Notes under the pieces: generated by a model
What the model was told of the DNA's origin: nothing
Database searches by the model: none
What the model saw: the letters and a program-made list of their open reading frames with translations, nothing else
NCBI GenBank assembly: GCA_030614005.1
Contig: JAUWKS010000051.1
Location: 1-24,011, forward strand
Direction: 5' to 3'
From: Candidatus Heimdallarchaeota archaeon
GTDB lineage: Archaea > Asgardarchaeota > Heimdallarchaeia > JABLTI01
Length of the DNA stretch: 24,011 bases
Part shown: positions 1 to 8,185 of the stretch, piece by piece
Position numbering within the stretch: position 1 is the first letter of the stretch
Layout of the letters: each line of letters opens with the position of its first letter
Program-made: the position numbers and the translations under genes

Positions 1-60
1 AAAAAAATATTAAAAGAAAAATTTCATAGAATTGCAGAAAGAGAATACAATATAAACTAA
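1..60 (+). CDS. 3' end of an upstream CDS (partial, product unknown)
   Basis: Frame 1 is open from the window edge: KKILKEKFHRIAEREYNIN, ending TAA (58-60) and followed by a second TAA. Too short to identify. Confidence 0.5.
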   Translation, partial: KKILKEKFHRIAEREYNIN

Positions 61-76
61 TAATAAATAGTAAATA

Positions 77-102
77 TACTAGATTTACAGTTTAATCTAG
101 TA
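77..102. promoter_or_regulatory. Perfect 9-bp inverted repeat (operator or terminator hairpin) upstream of the first GTPase
   Basis: TACTAGATT (77-85), 8-nt spacer, AATCTAGTA (94-102). Lies between the upstream stop (60) and the AGGTGA RBS (139-144). Confidence 0.45.
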
Positions 103-148
103 AACTACCCAAGAATATTTCATAAGTGGTCTTTAGTTAGGTGAACAT

Positions 149-1372
149 ATGTCTAAACCAGGATTAGAATCAAAAGTAATTGTTTTAGGATTATCACAGT
201 CTGGGAAAACATCTATTCGGCAGGTCATTTTTGAAGGGTTTGCACCTGATTCAACTGCTCTGAATCCAGCAACTGTTAGAATAAACAGAAAGCTGTTTAA
301 TTTAGCTGGAGGAGGCATAAATTTGTTTGATATTGGAGGTCAGACATCATATCTCAACGAAGTGTTTGATCAATATAAAGAAAGAACATTTACAAATGTT
401 AAAGCAGCCATTTTTGTTGTGGATATCTCAGATGCTGCGAATATTATGCGCTCAAAATACTATTTTGATTTAACGCTCAAAAATCTTGCATTATTAAGTA
501 AAAAGTCACGTATCTATATTTTTGCTCATAAAATGGATGTTGTCCAATTGAATAAAAGAAAAGTAATGGTTGAATCAATTGGAGAAATTTTTGAAACAGA
601 AAATTATGATAACGTGAGTATTTTTGGCACTTCTATCTTTGATCAGACTATTTGGGATGCAATGCAAAAAGTTCTTTCATTTGTTTATCCAAGAGATGAT
701 AGCAAAACTAAGGGTATCAAAGATATTGTAGGAAAATTCTCCTTAGAGTTTTTAGCTCTTTCAACTTCTCAAGGATTGGTTCTTTATTCTGAACCAGAAG
801 TTGACACTGGAGTTAATTATTCTAGACTGAAAAATGAGATTACTAAAGCTTATTTCCCAACCAGTTTTTTGAACCAAGCAATATTCACTATTGGAGAATT
901 TAATGCTTTTATGAAAGAATTGGATGATGACTTAGTTGTAACAACAGTATTTCCATCTGATCAAACAGTACCTAAGTCACAGGAATCCTTTACTCAATTG
1001 TGTGAACAAATTAAAACACTATTCAAACCAGATGAACTTCTAGGTCGTGCCAAAGTTAAAATGAGAAAGGCTTTAGAAGACCATCTGAAAAAGAATGGTT
1101 TGAAAAATGTTCATGAACTTGATAGAAAATTAGATGCAAAAATAAGTATCAAATGTGACGTTTGCGGAAAACAAATACAAAAATCGTTATTAGACGTTGC
1201 ACTTGAAAATTCCGAGCAACTTGAAAGAGGGTTAAAAATCTCTATTGGTTTCGGTATTTCTACTGTTGAAATGTATCCACTACACGATTGTATTGAAGGT
1301 ATTCGAGAAATTCCAGTTATTCTAGATGGAAATTTGGAATATCGTCGATATGATAAAAGTAGACCAATTTAA
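149..1372 (+). CDS. Rag/Gtr1-like small GTPase with roadblock/longin-like domain and C-terminal putative Zn-binding domain
   Basis: G1 GLSQSGKT, switch I PATV, G3 DIGGQ, G4 HKMD, G5 TSIFD (Gtr1/RagA pattern). Middle alpha/beta domain (FLALSTSQGLVLYS...LVVTTVF). C-terminal CDVC...HDC. RBS AGGTGA at 139-144, ATG at 149. Confidence 0.88.
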   Translation: MSKPGLESKVIVLGLSQSGKTSIRQVIFEGFAPDSTALNPATVRINRKLFNLAGGGINLFDIGGQTSYLNEVFDQYKERTFTNVKAAIFVVDISDAANIMRSKYYFDLTLKNLALLSKKSRIYIFAHKMDVVQLNKRKVMVESIGEIFETENYDNVSIFGTSIFDQTIWDAMQKVLSFVYPRDDSKTKGIKDIVGKFSLEFLALSTSQGLVLYSEPEVDTGVNYSRLKNEITKAYFPTSFLNQAIFTIGEFNAFMKELDDDLVVTTVFPSDQTVPKSQESFTQLCEQIKTLFKPDELLGRAKVKMRKALEDHLKKNGLKNVHELDRKLDAKISIKCDVCGKQIQKSLLDVALENSEQLERGLKISIGFGISTVEMYPLHDCIEGIREIPVILDGNLEYRRYDKSRPI

Positions 1373-1375
1373 GAT

Positions 1376-1434
1376 AAAAAATTGATGTCTTTTCAAATCT
1401 AATTATGATATGAAAAGGTTAATCTCTTTTTTTT
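1376..1434. terminator. Probable bidirectional terminator between the convergent GTPase genes
   Basis: A6 tract 1376-1381, stem CTTTTCA (1389-1395)/TGAAAAG (1411-1417) with further partial pairing, then T8 tract 1427-1434. Each strand therefore has a U-tract after the stem. Confidence 0.5.
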
Positions 1435-3247
1435 ATTTATTATTTTTTTCATCTTCTTTTTGCTGTACTAAAAATTCTACTAGCCTTTTTACATCGCCTT
1501 TTGAGAGAGTAAGGTTTTCATCTGAATCATCTTCTAAATTGGAAGCTAATAATTCAATCTGTTTTATGTTATATTTTCTTCTCTCTTCTTTCAAGCGGTC
1601 CATAAAACCTATTCTCGTTGGTTTTTTGACTTTTGATTCTACTTTCGTTTCAACTGTTAATTCAGGTTCAATAGACTCTTCAATAATAGGCGCTTGTATG
1701 GGTTCTTCTGTCTCTACAGATACCTCGGGTTGTTCAATTTCTTGCTTTACTTGCGGAGCAATTGATTCTGCTTTTGGTTCTTCTGTTTCCACAGATTCAA
1801 TATGGTCAACTTTTGATTCTGGTATTTTTTCAATTACCGGAGGAATAATTTCCTCTTTTACTTCTGGTGGTGTTTCTGTTACTGGTGGAACAATAGCAGC
1901 AGATATTAGTTCTAGTTCTGCTACAGGTGCTTGAATTGGTTCAGTTGGAGCACTTTTGAGTTCCTCTTTTAATTTATTTAAGAACGTAAAACTACTCTTT
2001 TCTTCTACTGATTCAACTTTTGCTGTTACATCAGGTTTAGGTGTTACTTTCTTGTCAACTTTTTGTTTAGGTGATTTTGTAGCAACTTCTTTAGGTTTTG
2101 TAGCTGTAGACAATACAATGCCCTCTATAGGAGCTTGTTGTGGCAAAGTTGTTCCATCTGTCGATTGAGAAAACTTGCGAATTAATTCATAAAATATCCT
2201 AGTTTTTTCTTCAGTAATAGCGGAGAATGAAGTAATGAGCAAAATATTATTTTCAAGTTTGAATACCATAGCATTTACTTTATTATTAGAAGAAGTGATA
2301 ATGGATGCAGTCGAGCTTTCACCAATTTCATTCTTCTCTTTGATAATTTTCTTGAATTCTTGTAAAGCCGAAATATAATCCATAGATTTCTCTGCACTAA
2401 CAGCTCCTTTTGAAGAGGTCCCAACAATGGGTGAAAACGTTTTGCCATCAATTAGAACTATTTCAACAATGTCATATTCAGATAAATCAAAATTAATTGC
2501 TAGTTTGCCAAAAGTGGGTAAAGTTGCTTGAGGATCAGGATTTAGAAATTCCAATAATTGTGCAATTCTGGGGTCTTCCTCATGTTCCATAATATAGCTT
2601 TGAAATTCATCACTTTCCTCTATTTTTTGACCTATGTTAGTAATTAGTTCAAAGCGTTTTGTATTCATTTTCACTTCATTCATCAAGGAATAAATGACTT
2701 CTTTTAAGCTTTCAGAATAATAAATACTAGATGGTTCAAAACGGATTTTGTATTTTTTATCATCAAATGAATCGGCTATATGACCAAGTAATGGAACTAA
2801 TTCCTCGGGGGGAATTAGATCTACTTTATGGCAAAGAACGGTAATTATACCTTTAGGATTTTCTTTCTTAAACTGACGAATGGTGAAACTAAATCTTCGT
2901 TCTGATTCTTCATATAGATTTGGTTTTGTCATATCTATAATCCAAAAAAGTAATTTCACATTTGAAAACACTAGATGTCGAAAATGTGTTACTGCTTCAT
3001 TCCAGTAATTTTCTTGTCCACCGGAATCGATTATCAAATTAGTTTTTTCTTCATCTAAATATTGACGTTCGTAATGCACTGTTGCCATGTAATCTTCGAC
3101 TTCACTAGGTTTTTTGCCAAAAAAGACTACATCCTTAATTGCTGTTTTTCCTGCTTGCTGTAGTCCCATAAAAAGTATTTTATCCTCTACCTTGGCATCG
3201 GTATCTTTAGATTTTAATTCGTCGATTAGATAGGACATTAGCATCAC
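1433..3247 (-). CDS. Rag/Gtr-like small GTPase with roadblock/longin-like domain and long Pro/Glu/Val/Lys-rich tail
   Basis: G1 GLQQAGKT, switch I MATV, G3 DSGGQ, G4 HKVD, G5 SSIY. Roadblock-like segment (DIVEIVLIDGKTFSPIVG...MVFKLENNILLITSF), then a low-complexity tail. Start is ambiguous (GTG 3247, ATG 3244 or ATG 3238). Confidence 0.88.
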   Translation of the reverse strand: MMLMSYLIDELKSKDTDAKVEDKILFMGLQQAGKTAIKDVVFFGKKPSEVEDYMATVHYERQYLDEEKTNLIIDSGGQENYWNEAVTHFRHLVFSNVKLLFWIIDMTKPNLYEESERRFSFTIRQFKKENPKGIITVLCHKVDLIPPEELVPLLGHIADSFDDKKYKIRFEPSSIYYSESLKEVIYSLMNEVKMNTKRFELITNIGQKIEESDEFQSYIMEHEEDPRIAQLLEFLNPDPQATLPTFGKLAINFDLSEYDIVEIVLIDGKTFSPIVGTSSKGAVSAEKSMDYISALQEFKKIIKEKNEIGESSTASIITSSNNKVNAMVFKLENNILLITSFSAITEEKTRIFYELIRKFSQSTDGTTLPQQAPIEGIVLSTATKPKEVATKSPKQKVDKKVTPKPDVTAKVESVEEKSSFTFLNKLKEELKSAPTEPIQAPVAELELISAAIVPPVTETPPEVKEEIIPPVIEKIPESKVDHIESVETEEPKAESIAPQVKQEIEQPEVSVETEEPIQAPIIEESIEPELTVETKVESKVKKPTRIGFMDRLKEERRKYNIKQIELLASNLEDDSDENLTLSKGDVKRLVEFLVQQKEDEKNNK

Positions 3248-3325
3248 AGTAATAATTACTAGTTTTACGTTTTAGGTAGGCATAGAAGTATCAATATCAA
3301 TGTTACTATCGCGTCAAATTTTCTC

Positions 3326-6300
3326 TCATTGATATTGCTTGTTTTCCTCTTTGCTTTTCTTTAGGTTATTCTTAGCAGCAATCATTATAATTACAGAACG
3401 TCTGCGAACTTTTTCTAAAAGAACCTTAATTTCTGACAATTCTTTCTTTTCTTTTAGAGCAAGAATGAGCTCATCAATTTCAACGAACATAAATTCTTGA
3501 TTTGCAAGCATAAGTCCACCGAACTCTGTATCAGCAAGAATAATTAAGGAAAGGTTTTCAAATCCTCCTCTTGCGTTTTTATTTTCTAATTGAATACCAT
3601 GAATGAAACCAATCATATCTTCATTTGGTAAATTAATTGAACCAATCCTTCTTTTCTCATCATGTTCCTCAAACCCTAATGATGAGTATGCTTGATCTGA
3701 GATTTTCAATAAGAAATTATCAACACCAATACGCATTCTTCGACTATATTCAGGTTCTTCAAGTGATTGATCCATGATTAGTGGTACTGGTCCTTTTGCT
3801 TGGTCGAATAATGATAGAATAACACCTGGAGAAACTTTCTCAAAGTTCTTATCAATTTCATCTTCTGTGACTTTTTCCATTAACTCCTCAAATGGTCTTG
3901 CTCTTACAAGACGATAAATAACGAAACTTATTATTATTGAAAAAAGAAGACTTCCAGCAATAATTATTATAAGAATAAGAATTGGTAAACCACTGGGATC
4001 AATGATGAAAACGTTTTCAGTATATTCTGTCCCTAAAGGATCATATATATCGCTTCCTTGATAGCTTACAAAAATAACCACATAATCCATTTCTTCTGTC
4101 ATTTCAAATGACGTTTGTGCTAGTCCATTTGCATCTGTTGTAGTCGTTTTATTGATTATATCATTGTATGTTGTAGGTAATTCTGTTGTTGTGGCTACAT
4201 CTTTGTAGATAATGTAAATGCTGAAAGTGATATCTTGAAAAGCTACTGGTGTTCCATCAACTCTAACTAATTCAGCGTAAATAACTAAGTCGTTTCCATA
4301 AACTATTTCGCTACTTGAGACATTTACTCTTAAAATAATTGGAACAGCTAAAATTGTAGCTGATAGAGATGAAGTATCATTCATTGCTCCGAAATAATAA
4401 TTTGATTTAACTAATATTTCGAATAAATGAATGCCTTTTGCAGAAATGAAATCAGCTGAATTGAATGTTACTTCATAAATATAATTAACTGCATCAATTA
4501 ACTCATAAGTGATATCTTGATAGTTACCGTTAATTGAGATGTAATTTAATGCTTGAGCAGAAGAATTTGAATCGTCAAATAGTTTCAAGGATATTGATAT
4601 ATTTTCACCAAATACAACACTAATTGTTGAATCTAGAATAACAAGATTACCTTCCTCTCTTTGAATGAGTATATTGACCGTAATAGATTGTTTATGATCT
4701 TCGAATTGCCAGAATTGAAATTCAATGTATTTGTAAGCACTGTTAGTAACATTAGTTGCATCAATGGTAAACTCATAGGAAGTGGAATTTAGTTGTAGTT
4801 GTGATATTCCTAAATTGAGACTAGTATCTTCTTCTAAGTAAGCTATTGTTAAACCGGTAATAACAGTTTCATTTACTATATCTCTTACATCAACTGAAAA
4901 AGTAAATGATTCTCCATACTTCATAACATAATAATAGTCATCAGAGAAGTCTCCTGGTGTGAGATAATTAATTTCTATATCATCTACTGTGAAAACATAT
5001 TTTACTGTTATTTTGTTTGTATAAAGCCCTCCACCGGTATCATCCTCTAATTCAATGTAAAGAGTGTGAACACCATCGAGTGATGGAATAATGATATCAT
5101 ATGGAGCAGTCAATGTTTGGGAATCATTATCTGTATCCCATCTAAAACTGAATTCTTGTAAGTCAGCAGAGAGTACATTGAAATCAAGGATAGTATTCCC
5201 TCTAACATAAGTGTCATTTGTTATACCTATTAATTCATAATTTGGTGCTTCAAAATCTAGAAAGAATTTATACAAAATAGTGTATGAATTTCCAACTATG
5301 TCTTCAGTGAAGATTGTTATTGTGGCTTCAGTTTCGTCTAAATATTGAATACTTAATGTAGCAGAAAATTCAATGTTTTCAGGTGAAGCTGACCCTTCTA
5401 AATTCCATTGAGAAGTAATAATATCTATAGTGTCATCTGAGAGATCTTCCACTTTGAAATTCAAAAGAGTATCTTCATTAATTTTTGAATTGTTCTGAAT
5501 GAAGTTAAGGAATACAGTTGGGTGAGAATTATCAATAGTAATTGTTAAAGTTTCAAATTCTTCATTACCTAAAGTATCATTCGAGTAAATAACTAAAGTA
5601 GCTGTTCCTTCAATTGATGGTAGTGTAAAAGTATCATCAAATGAAATATAACTTGAACCATTCCATGAATAATAATTATGGAAAGTTGGATCGGCATCTG
5701 TAATTACACACGTTACCTCAGAGTTTGCAGGAACATAATTTGAACTGTCCGGTAAAGTAGCTAAACCACTAATACTCGAGATAGTAATAACAGGAGCTGA
5801 AATATCTATTGTGAATTCAATATAGTACCTGTAATAATTTCCTGCAATATCATAAGCAATAATTGTTAAATTATGAAGACCTTCAGATAGTGAGTTAAGA
5901 TAATAATCTAATGGTTGAGAAAAGGTTTGATTATCTTCTCCATCTATTGAAATAAAGATTTCCATATTTTCAGTTAGAGTCCAATTATCAGCTATTGTAA
6001 ATGATAATACCGTACTATCTAAAAATCTAGATTGATTATAATCAGGCCCAACAACAGATTGGACAATTGTTGGTGCTTCTTGATCTACAGTAAACTCGAA
6101 CACAAATTCATGAAGAACATCAACCGCATCTCCAACCCATACAGTTAGATAATAAGTACCAGGGGTTGAGGAAAGTGCATCAATACCTGATAATGTCAAT
6201 ATATTATTTCCATCAGGTACTCCGTCTTTTGGAGCATCATTTCCCCAAAAATATTTTACTGTACCATTATCATTGATTATTGTTATTTCAATAATTTCTT

Positions 6301-8026
6301 CACCCATATAATATGTACTGTTAACCATGTTTGTTAATTCAATCAGCAGATAAGTTGTATTTGTATAAAATGAATATACCTTAGAGATATCTTGACCAAA
6401 TGTATCATTGGCATATACAGTTAAATTATGCCAACCTTCAGATGTGGGCAAAGTAGTTCTCCAAATATTACCACTCACTTTAGTTGTCCAAGATGCAAAA
6501 CTGTCGCTATCCCATTTATATAAAACATCTATATCTGAATCATCGGTTATTTTAACATCAATATTTTTACCTAAAGGTTGTTGAGTATTATTTACAACAT
6601 TTTCTAAACTAATTACTGGTGCTGAATTATCAAAATTAAAGAAATATACTGAACTTGCAGCGCCAAAAACATCCGTTGTTTCAATAGTCAGATTATGTAT
6701 TTCATTAAAATCTTGATTAGGATAGATATCATAAGGTGAATTAAGGAGTATTTGAACACCACTGTTATCCCATTCATAAGTAGCAAAGATTACATCTACA
6801 ATGGTAAAATTGAGCAATTGCCCATCAGTTACTATCGAATTGTTAGCTGGAGAATTTAAAACAACATTATATTGCGATGTGTCATAACCAACAATAAATG
6901 TTACTTGAGCAATATTATCGAAGAAATCACTTGATTCTACAACCAAAGTATGCCAACCTATTGTCTCAGGTAGAGAAATTTCTACAGATGTTCCAAAACT
7001 AGTAAAAGAATCAGAATCCCATTTATACTTGTCTGATACAGAATTAGAGATAGTTATTGTTGCATTGGTTGATTCAAAATATCTAGTATTATTTGTAAAA
7101 CCAGTGATGTCAATTATTGGGTAACTGTCCTGATACATAAATAATTGCATACCAAATGATTCAATTTGATTGCCTAAATAGTAAGTATTATCAAAAGTAT
7201 CATTTGTATCATCAATACTCCAATCATGTAGATATGTAGTAGATCCAGTTCTAGCTTCAATATTATTATCACTGCCACCAATATATGATGCACTTGATAA
7301 CCTACATTCATAAGTTGTTCGTAATCTATAACCAGCAGGTATGAATAGAGTTGAGACGAGATCTATATATCCTTCCCAAGGATAATTCCAAGTATCATCA
7401 AATCTACTTTGCGTTGATCCAATAGATGTTGTTTGCCCATTGGCTGGATTAAATAATTCTATTGTTACTCTTAAAGTCCAGAGGTTATCTCTTGAGGGCC
7501 TTACATCACCGTTTACCATAAAGTATATTTTTCCTTGAATATAGGAATCTTCAGTAAAAACTGGACTAAAAACTGTTGAATTAATATTATCACCGTTTAT
7601 TGTATTATAGCTTCGCAATTGACCAAAAGTATCGAGTGGATGCCAAAAAACAGCCGGGGTAGAGGAACGATTCCATTGTCTAAATCTTGCATAAACATAG
7701 TCTGAAACAGAGCCTAAATCCTCGTATTGTTCACTTTCAAAGACATAACCATTTTCATCCAAATCAACAAAATTATTTTGAGTAAAATAACCAACAGTTT
7801 TATAGTTACCAGGAGTTTCAACATCATTTTCAACAATTGCTGTTGGAACAAAATCATCCTCTATTGGTTTTTCAGGTAGTGCTAGAGGTTCAATAGCTGA
7901 AATTGTTTCATTGGTATCACTTTCACTAGAAATTTCCGAATAATAATATAATGAACTTATACTTAAAATTACTAGAATTATACTTATAATCTTGGACTTA
8001 TTTTTAATCAACACATTTAACCTCAT
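3326..8026 (-). CDS. Large single-pass surface protein: signal/anchor, Ig-like repeats, transmembrane helix, cytoplasmic longin/uDENN (folliculin/SMCR8-like) domain
   Basis: N-terminal KNKSK + hydrophobic IISIILVILSISSLYYYS. About 8 repeats with Y-x-W ... G-x-H-x-L-x-[VI]-x-x-x-D-x-x-G-N. Many N-x-S/T sequons. TM LPILILIIIIAGSLLFSIIISFVIY (~3914-3988). Cytoplasmic ILSLFDQAKGPVP and NARGGFENLSLIILAD. The ORF track starts at TTG 8116; ATG 8026 or GTG 8014/TTG 8011 (after GAGGT) are more plausible. Stop is TGA at 3326-3328. Confidence 0.85.
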   Translation of the reverse strand: MRLNVLIKNKSKIISIILVILSISSLYYYSEISSESDTNETISAIEPLALPEKPIEDDFVPTAIVENDVETPGNYKTVGYFTQNNFVDLDENGYVFESEQYEDLGSVSDYVYARFRQWNRSSTPAVFWHPLDTFGQLRSYNTINGDNINSTVFSPVFTEDSYIQGKIYFMVNGDVRPSRDNLWTLRVTIELFNPANGQTTSIGSTQSRFDDTWNYPWEGYIDLVSTLFIPAGYRLRTTYECRLSSASYIGGSDNNIEARTGSTTYLHDWSIDDTNDTFDNTYYLGNQIESFGMQLFMYQDSYPIIDITGFTNNTRYFESTNATITISNSVSDKYKWDSDSFTSFGTSVEISLPETIGWHTLVVESSDFFDNIAQVTFIVGYDTSQYNVVLNSPANNSIVTDGQLLNFTIVDVIFATYEWDNSGVQILLNSPYDIYPNQDFNEIHNLTIETTDVFGAASSVYFFNFDNSAPVISLENVVNNTQQPLGKNIDVKITDDSDIDVLYKWDSDSFASWTTKVSGNIWRTTLPTSEGWHNLTVYANDTFGQDISKVYSFYTNTTYLLIELTNMVNSTYYMGEEIIEITIINDNGTVKYFWGNDAPKDGVPDGNNILTLSGIDALSSTPGTYYLTVWVGDAVDVLHEFVFEFTVDQEAPTIVQSVVGPDYNQSRFLDSTVLSFTIADNWTLTENMEIFISIDGEDNQTFSQPLDYYLNSLSEGLHNLTIIAYDIAGNYYRYYIEFTIDISAPVITISSISGLATLPDSSNYVPANSEVTCVITDADPTFHNYYSWNGSSYISFDDTFTLPSIEGTATLVIYSNDTLGNEEFETLTITIDNSHPTVFLNFIQNNSKINEDTLLNFKVEDLSDDTIDIITSQWNLEGSASPENIEFSATLSIQYLDETEATITIFTEDIVGNSYTILYKFFLDFEAPNYELIGITNDTYVRGNTILDFNVLSADLQEFSFRWDTDNDSQTLTAPYDIIIPSLDGVHTLYIELEDDTGGGLYTNKITVKYVFTVDDIEINYLTPGDFSDDYYYVMKYGESFTFSVDVRDIVNETVITGLTIAYLEEDTSLNLGISQLQLNSTSYEFTIDATNVTNSAYKYIEFQFWQFEDHKQSITVNILIQREEGNLVILDSTISVVFGENISISLKLFDDSNSSAQALNYISINGNYQDITYELIDAVNYIYEVTFNSADFISAKGIHLFEILVKSNYYFGAMNDTSSLSATILAVPIILRVNVSSSEIVYGNDLVIYAELVRVDGTPVAFQDITFSIYIIYKDVATTTELPTTYNDIINKTTTTDANGLAQTSFEMTEEMDYVVIFVSYQGSDIYDPLGTEYTENVFIIDPSGLPILILIIIIAGSLLFSIIISFVIYRLVRARPFEELMEKVTEDEIDKNFEKVSPGVILSLFDQAKGPVPLIMDQSLEEPEYSRRMRIGVDNFLLKISDQAYSSLGFEEHDEKRRIGSINLPNEDMIGFIHGIQLENKNARGGFENLSLIILADTEFGGLMLANQEFMFVEIDELILALKEKKELSEIKVLLEKVRRRSVIIMIAAKNNLKKSKEENKQYQ
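4981..7105 (-). repeat. Eight tandem ~90-aa Ig-like (bacterial Ig/Big-type) domain repeats within the surface protein
   Basis: Repeat ends seen in translation: GWHTLVVESSDFFDN, EIHNLTIETTDVFGA, GWHNLTVYANDTFGQ, GTYYLTVWVGDAVDV, GLHNLTIIAYDIAGN, GTATLVIYSNDTLGN, EATITIFTEDIVGN, GVHTLYIELEDDTGG. Each is preceded by a Y/F-x-W (or equivalent) strand. Confidence 0.75.
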
Positions 8027-8185
8027 TTTAACTTTTATTTGATACTTTGAGTCAATATCTATTCTATTGTAATATTTACCTGTGAAATAATAATCTTTAC
8101 AATCACTGTATTTCAATATTTGAAACTAAATAAATTGTGTAACAACTTATCTTTAAATTTAAGTAATTAGGAATAAAAGGTATTT

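Noticed and set aside
48-57. CAATATAAAC, a near half-site of the binding-protein operator
   Set aside because: No matching right arm, and it lies within the likely upstream CDS end. Expected by chance in AT-rich DNA.
1410-2168. Plus-strand ORFs 1410..1934 and 1956..2168
   Set aside because: Ser/Phe/Thr-rich antisense shadows of the low-complexity Glu/Lys tail of GTPase 2.
8027-8116. ORF-track N-terminal extension of the large surface protein from TTG 8116 (likewise pepA from 13377)
   Set aside because: Better RBS/start combinations lie downstream (GAGGT before 8014/8011 or ATG 8026; GGTGG before 13329), and these place the signal helix or family N-terminus correctly.
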